This document shows, in pieces, positions 63,751-64,000 of a stretch of 64,000 bases of DNA. The stretch spans positions 1,142,875 to 1,206,874 of the forward strand of contig OZ220708.1 in assembly GCA_965116595.1 (NCBI GenBank), given 5' to 3'. The notes under the pieces were generated by a model. That model had not been told where the DNA came from. It was given only the letters and a program-made list of their open reading frames with translations, and did not search any database. This stretch comes from Arenicellales bacterium. GTDB lineage: Bacteria > Pseudomonadota > Gammaproteobacteria > Arenicellales > Poriferihabitantaceae. Every line of letters starts with the position of its first letter. Position 1 is the stretch's first letter. The position numbers were made by a program, and so were the translations under genes.

Positions 63751-64000
63751 ATGGACGCAGCAGCAGTTTCCACAGACCGGGCGGTTGAGCCGTCACTATG
63801 GAATGCGTTCCCGCATTTCCTGCCCATTGCGGTCTTCCCGTTGATTTTCGCAGCCGCCGTCTACGGCGGCTGGTGGGTCGCGGGACCGCTCGTCTTTTTC
63901 ATGATTGCGGGCCCGCTGGATCTTGCCTTTGGCATGGACGGGAGAAACATGGACCCCAGGGCCACACCGGAACATCGTCTGATCTGGTACAACCTGTCTG
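63751..64000 (+). CDS. 5' fragment of a membrane protein, possibly AlkB-type alkane hydroxylase/desaturase family
   Basis: My translation from the ATG at 63751 reads MDAAAVSTDRAVEPSLWNAFPHFLPIAVFPLIFAAAVYGGWWVAGPLVFFMIAGPLDLAFGMDGRNMDPRATPEHRLIWYNLS. It contains two TM helices followed by an LDxxFGxDxxN-type loop, as in AlkB N-termini. It is truncated by the window edge. Confidence 0.4.
   Translation, partial: MDAAAVSTDRAVEPSLWNAFPHFLPIAVFPLIFAAAVYGGWWVAGPLVFFMIAGPLDLAFGMDGRNMDPRATPEHRLIWYNLS

Noticed and set aside
1-64000. I looked for CRISPR arrays, tRNA/rRNA genes, IS elements, integrases, toxin-antitoxin pairs and known defence-system genes.
   Set aside because: The longest non-coding stretch is about 330 nt, and no repeat-spacer periodicity, transposase, recombinase or nuclease-type ORFs were seen. 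By-eye scanning cannot exclude small ncRNAs.

Overview
This is a dense (about 90% coding by eye), moderately GC-rich chromosomal segment with roughly 58 protein-coding genes. It looks proteobacterial (ybeD/lipB, apaG, bepA, aceK, TRAP and Tct transporters), but that taxonomic call is inference only. I found no rRNA, tRNA, CRISPR array, transposase, integrase or phage gene, and nothing that resembles a known defence or mobile system.

Contents from left to right:
- A 3'-truncated sufS and an atypical SDR.
- A seven-gene, translationally coupled plus-strand operon: hyuA, hyuB, a TPP enzyme, an SDR, an acyl-CoA dehydrogenase, a family III CoA-transferase and a MaoC hydratase.
- A divergent GATase1 / nucleoside-deoxyribosyltransferase pair separated by a perfect 27-bp palindrome.
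- A soluble qmoA-qmoB-hdrC-hdrB redox operon with no aprBA beside it.
- An orphan cbbQ/norQ-type AAA+ gene, rpiA and bepA.
- An AT-richer three-gene islet (small membrane protein, SAM methyltransferase, membrane sulfatase-superfamily gene) with four homopolymer-associated frame disruptions.
- A 13-gene co-directional minus-strand block: qor-like, sucCD-like CoA ligase, tctCBA, gntR, an oxc-like TPP enzyme, frc, a formyltransferase resembling the N-domain of 10-formyl-THF dehydrogenase, a panE-family reductase, aceK and an MFS gene.
- An MFS + ArsI/CadI pair.
- An AorABC-type tungsten aldehyde oxidoreductase operon carrying its own moaA, two MoaD/ThiS-like genes and a GG-tailed orphan.
- A ribA-like gene, a desaturase, apaG, TRAP dctPQM, EamA, a fused folK-folP, and a MOSC-crotonase-ADP-forming acyl-CoA synthetase set.
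- lipB, an inserted sulfatase and ybeD, then a flavin-halogenase-like gene and the 5' fragment of an AlkB-like membrane protein.

The best candidates for new biology are:
1. The AOR operon with three GG-terminated small proteins.
2. The stand-alone QmoAB-HdrCB module.
3. The formyl-CoA-linked formyltransferase.
4. The hyuAB-led catabolic operon.

All functional calls rest on motif and family recognition by eye. No database search or computation was run.
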